Assembly (NCBI GenBank): GCA_045837725.1
Contig: JBEWZL010000209.1
Coordinates: forward strand, 372,001 to 436,000
Reading direction: 5' to 3'
DNA from: Vermamoeba vermiformis
Taxonomy: Eukaryota
Length of the DNA stretch: 64,000 nucleotides
Part shown: in pieces, positions 59,553 to 64,000 of the stretch
Numbering within the stretch: position 1 is the first letter of the stretch
Layout of the letters: every line of letters begins with the position of its first letter
Notes under the pieces: generated by a model
Told to the model about the DNA's origin: nothing
Databases searched by the model: none
The model's input: only the letters and a program-made list of their open reading frames with translations
Translations under genes and position numbers: made by a program

Positions 59553-61806
59553 ATGTATTCTCAGAGTACAGCACCTCAGAAGATTCACGTTCGGAATCTG
59601 TTCAAGATCTTCGTTCCTTTACGAGGTGAGAACAATTTCAGCGTCAAACTGAACACAACGCCGGTGTTTGGGGTTGTAGTCCACGATAAAAATGATGCAA
59701 ATATATCTTATGAATATCAGCTTCATATGCTTCTTCGAGAGCGCAGTTACACGCAAGGAATTGAAACTGAATCTGAAGCGGTTGGATGCTTCAGTTGGGC
59801 CAAAAGAAATCCTGTATTAGTGCAAACAGAACAAAATAGTAATAATATCGAAGGAATACTGCTTAGAGTGAAGGTAAATCATGGGATCTTCGATTTTCGA
59901 AAGACAAGTCGACAGTTGATCAGAATCGTTGTCAACCTGAAAGTTGGAAACCAATATGTTAGGCAAGGCACGAGTACTTTATGCAAATTATTGCCGAAAA
60001 AGCGTAAAGCAGACAAAACCAGCGAGAACACCGAAGGTAAAATCCTAAAATAATTTTTATTTATTTTAACTACCTTATTTTCCCAAATTGAACGACGGTA
60101 TACTCTAGAAACCACCAGGTGTTTCAATATTTAAAGCTGATAATTATTATTGTGTAGCGGAGATTGCGATCTCGTGGCCGGATGGGCAAACTCTCGACGC
60201 CCAACAATATCTTCCAGTGGCCCAATCAGACATTAATAATATTAGTACACATCATTTCGATTCAACTATCGAAGTTGATGAAAGCCCTGAAGTTCGTCAG
60301 TTCAGCATGACGAATCTGTTCGAACAACCTTCGTCAATGCTAATGCAAGAAGAAGTCGAAACCACTGATATTTTTACCACGCCGTAAGCATTTTACGTTG
60401 TTTCTCGATAAAACTGATCGTATGGCGACGTAGAGCAAGCGAAGAAAATGAACAGCACGATGAGCAATACATGGTACTCTACAACGGCAATGCAGAGGTT
60501 GTGGGCAACTTCAGAGCACTCAACTTCTACAAGGCATCTGATATCAATATTAAAGAGGACGTCAGATTGCTCATGGAAGGTATGTGGATAGACATTGTGA
60601 CACGCGTCTTTTTTGACACTTTGTGTTGACGCGCTGCTTATGGGCTCGTTTGTATATACTGTAGAGCATTGCTAACGGGTAGTCCTTATAGATAATAACC
60701 CACGTGACGTCCTTCTGAAGATCTCAGGAGTGTCGTACAAGTTCAAACCAGGCACAACACACTCCACTCAACGACGATTCGTTGGTTACATTGCACAACA
60801 AATCGAAAGTGTTGTTCCTGAAGCAGTTCAGTTGATCGATGGCATTCTTCATGTGGACTACGAGTCATTGATTCCCTATCTCAGTGAATCGATCAAGCAA
60901 AACTTCACTGACATTAAAGGACTCAAGTCAGACACGCAGAAGCTCGAAGCACTCTTGACCAATCTCTACGAGGAGTTTATACAAGGTGAAAGCAAAGACA
61001 AGTCAAAAGTTACATTCAAATCTAAGCTACGACCAGAAAAGTCACGTGTCAACGCAATCACAGGATTGGTCAAATCCAAGTGGCAGTGGTTTGCAGGATT
61101 GTTATTTTTAGCATTAATAGGCATCACTGTTGCGCTTAGTGTGGGTTTGGTTGCTAACTTCAGAGATCAACCAGACAAACCTGAACATGCCCCAAGTTTA
61201 CCAGATTACGGGAGTCCAGAAGGCTATTTGGAAGGCGTGGCAAGAACAGCATTAAAGACATTTTACGAATCAATGAATGGAGATAACTGGATAATCAAGA
61301 CGAACTGGATGAGCAATACTTCGGTGTGCGAATGGTACGGTGTCACATGTGAAGGACCATTTGAAGAGGAGCATGTCACGGAAGTTCGTCTATCGAATAA
61401 TAATTTGACAGGAGGATTGCTAGGACAGTATTTAATGTACAAAGTAGCGCCGTTGAAAGTTCTCGACTTGAGCAAAAACAACATTTTGTTCAGTATTCAC
61501 CAATTGTCACCGTACATCACGCACTTGAACTTGTCAGAGAATCAAATATCAACTGACATCAAAGTGTTCAATCAATTGACGTACATTAGGTCACTCAATT
61601 TGGCCCACACTCGCGTTTACGGAGATTTTCAGCTGTTACCGAGTCAATTAGTCCGATTGAAAGAGCTCAATTTGTCGCACACTTCTATAACGACTATTGC
61701 GCGGATGGATGGCGAGTACGAGATTGAAGTGTGCGATTGGCACGGGACTACTTTGCACTGTCCGATTCCTGCTTGGATCGGCAAGTGTGGCGGAACCTGC
61801 GTTTAA
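59553..61806 (+). CDS. MYRF-like membrane-tethered factor: N-terminal domain with NLS, Peptidase S74/ICA autocleavage domain, coiled coil, TM, LRR ectodomain (copy 1)
   Basis: Four in-frame exons: ...LLPKKRK; GNAEVVGNFRALNFYKA-SDINIKE; GYIAQQIESVVPEAV..VDYESLIPYLSESIKQ; TM; ALKTFYESMNGDNW...CEWYGVTC; LxLxxN repeats. An in-frame ATG also exists at 59520. Confidence 0.85.
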
Positions 61807-62150
61807 CATTATTGTAACCTTTTGAATAAATAATTCTGTATTCTTAGACACCTTATGCATATATTGGCCTTTCCTTCGGATCCGCTGGCTCAACAATGTG
61901 ATTCGAAACATGTTTCGTAAGGTTCTAAGAATGGGATGCAGATGTCGATTACTTAACCTGCGATAAATTGAGGTTGGAATGGACCACTAGAACTTAAGCC
62001 GCGAGAACAATGTTAGTATAACGAATAGAATCAAAAAATCTGCCAGCTCGCAAAATTGAAAAGTCTCGTAACAGGACTGGGATCCGTTATGTGAATCAAA
62101 TGTCCTGGCCCATCGTTAAGTTCACGAAAAAAAATCCTTTCGAAATCAAA

Positions 62151-64000
62151 ATGTATTCGCAGACAACAGCACTGCAGAAAATTCACGTTCGAAATCTGTT
62201 CAAGATCTTCGTTCCTTTACGAGGCGAGAACAATTTCAGCGTCAAACTCAATACCACACCAGTATTTGGCGTTGTAATATACGACAAAAATGATGCAAAT
62301 ATATCTTATGAATATCAGCTTCATATGCTTCTTCGAGAACGCAATTATGCGCAAGGAATCGAAACTGAATCTGAAGCGGTTGGATGCTTCAGCTGGGCCA
62401 AAAGAAATGCCGTATTATTTCAAACAGAACAAAATACAAATAATATCGAAGGAGTTATGCTCCGAGTGAAGGTAAATCATGGGATCTTCGATTTTAGAAA
62501 GACAAGTCGGCAGTTGATCAGAATTGTTGTGAACTTGCACGTTGCAAACCAATACGTCCATCAAGGCACGAGTACTTTATGCAAATTATTGCCGAAAAAA
62601 CGAAAGGCAGATAAAAGCAGCGAAAATACCGAAGGTAAGTAATTTAAAATTAACTAAATTCAAATAAAATTGCGTAGGTTACAATTAATTTGATTCATAT
62701 CTATATTATTCGAATAATAATTATTAGAAATTAATTTTCTTTGTTCAGCTGAAGTTGCGATCACGTGGCCCACGGATGAAACTCCGGAAAGCGAGCAACA
62801 CTATCCTGCAATCGATCAACCAGCCAATAATATAAGTCCATATTCCGACTCGGCTATTGAAGTCTACGAAAGTCCTGAAGTTAGTCCGATCCGCATGCCA
62901 AATCTGTTCGCACAACCTTCCTCGTCCTCGATGCTTATTCAAGAAGTAGAAATGTCTAATGTTTTTACCCAGCCGTAAGTATTATAGAATAGCATACTTA
63001 GAGGCATAATAGCTTTTAAAATATGAAACGCAGAGCGAACGACAATAATAGCGAGTGGATGGTGCTGTACAACGGCAATGCGGAAGTCGTGGGCAACTTC
63101 AGAGCACTCAACTTCTACAAGGCATCTGATATCAATATTAAAGAAGACATTAGACTGCTCATGGAAGGTTCGTTGCATTTTTAAGAACTTTTAGACGCGT
63201 GTCTTTTTGACACTTGGGTTTGACATGCGTGCACTTGTGCGCGTTAATTTTACCGTCAGAACAGAGCTAACGCGTAGTACTATTAGATCATAATCCTCGC
63301 GAGGTGATTTTGAAGATCGATGGCGTTGAATACAAGTTCAAAGACAATGTTCAGCACTCAACAAACAAACGATTCGTTGGTTACATTGCACAACAAATCG
63401 AAAGTGTTGTTCCTGAAGCAGTTCAGTTGATCGATGGCATTCTTCATGTGGACTACGAGTCATTGATTCCTTACCTCAGTGAATCGATCAAACAGAACTT
63501 CACTGACATTCAAGGCATCAAATCAGATACTCAGAAACTTGAAGCAGTGTTGAACAATCTTTACGAACAGTTCACCACAGGCGAAAGCAATGCAAAGTCA
63601 AAGACGAAGTCAAATACAAAGTCACGACCGATGAAGGAAAAGTCACGTGTCAATTCCAACACTTTGACAGGATTGGTCAAATCCAAGTGGCAGGTGTTCG
63701 CAGGATTATTGTTATTAGCGGTGATTGGCGTCACTATCGCACTTAGTATTGGCTTAGCATCAAAGTTTAGAGAACAACAGCCGGACGAAGCTAAACCGGT
63801 TCCAAGTACCTACCCGCATTACGAACCGCCAGACGCCTACGGCGAAACAGACGCAAGAACTGCATTAAAATTGTTCTATCAAACAATGAACGGAGATAAC
63901 TGGATAATTAAGACGAATTGGATGAGCAATACTTCGGTGTGTGAATGGTACGGTGTTACTTGTGACGGACCATTTGAATACGAACGCGTTACAGAAGTTC
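62151..64000 (+). CDS. MYRF-like ICA-TM-LRR protein (copy 2, runs off the window)
   Basis: Tandem paralog with the same intron positions, near-identical N-terminal and ICA domains, a TM and the LRR N-cap. Confidence 0.85.

Noticed and set aside
60500-60910. Phage/prophage tail-fibre chaperone gene
   Set aside because: The S74 domain is intron-split and embedded in a eukaryotic TM-LRR protein, with no viral genes nearby.

Overview
Gene-dense eukaryotic nuclear DNA, AT-rich, with many short GT-AG introns (donors GTAAGT/GTACGT, CTAAC-like branch points), so the supplied ORFs are mostly single exons or antisense shadows. Gene models below were spliced by eye and boundaries are approximate. An amoebozoan-type protist is suggested by the gene content (HRDLAARN receptor kinase, MYRF/MrfA-like proteins, bacterial-type TopB); this is inference only. 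About 28 protein genes are supported. Highlights: (1) a ~15 kb candidate biosynthetic cluster (membrane alpha/beta-hydrolase, P450, AANAT-like GNAT fused to an acyl-CoA-binding domain, head-to-head aromatic amino-acid decarboxylase with a His-to-Asn active-site change, two START genes, second P450); (2) two tandem MYRF-like self-cleaving membrane-tethered factors with an LRR ectodomain; (3) a helicase-less Dicer-like gene with a degenerate RNase IIIa domain and a perfect-TIR MITE just upstream; (4) a TIR-bounded ~1 kb insertion in an intron, carrying a ~430 nt structured sequence; (5) a small GTPase-pseudokinase fusion; (6) a 12-bp palindrome, TGACACGTGTCA, recurring in three unrelated introns.
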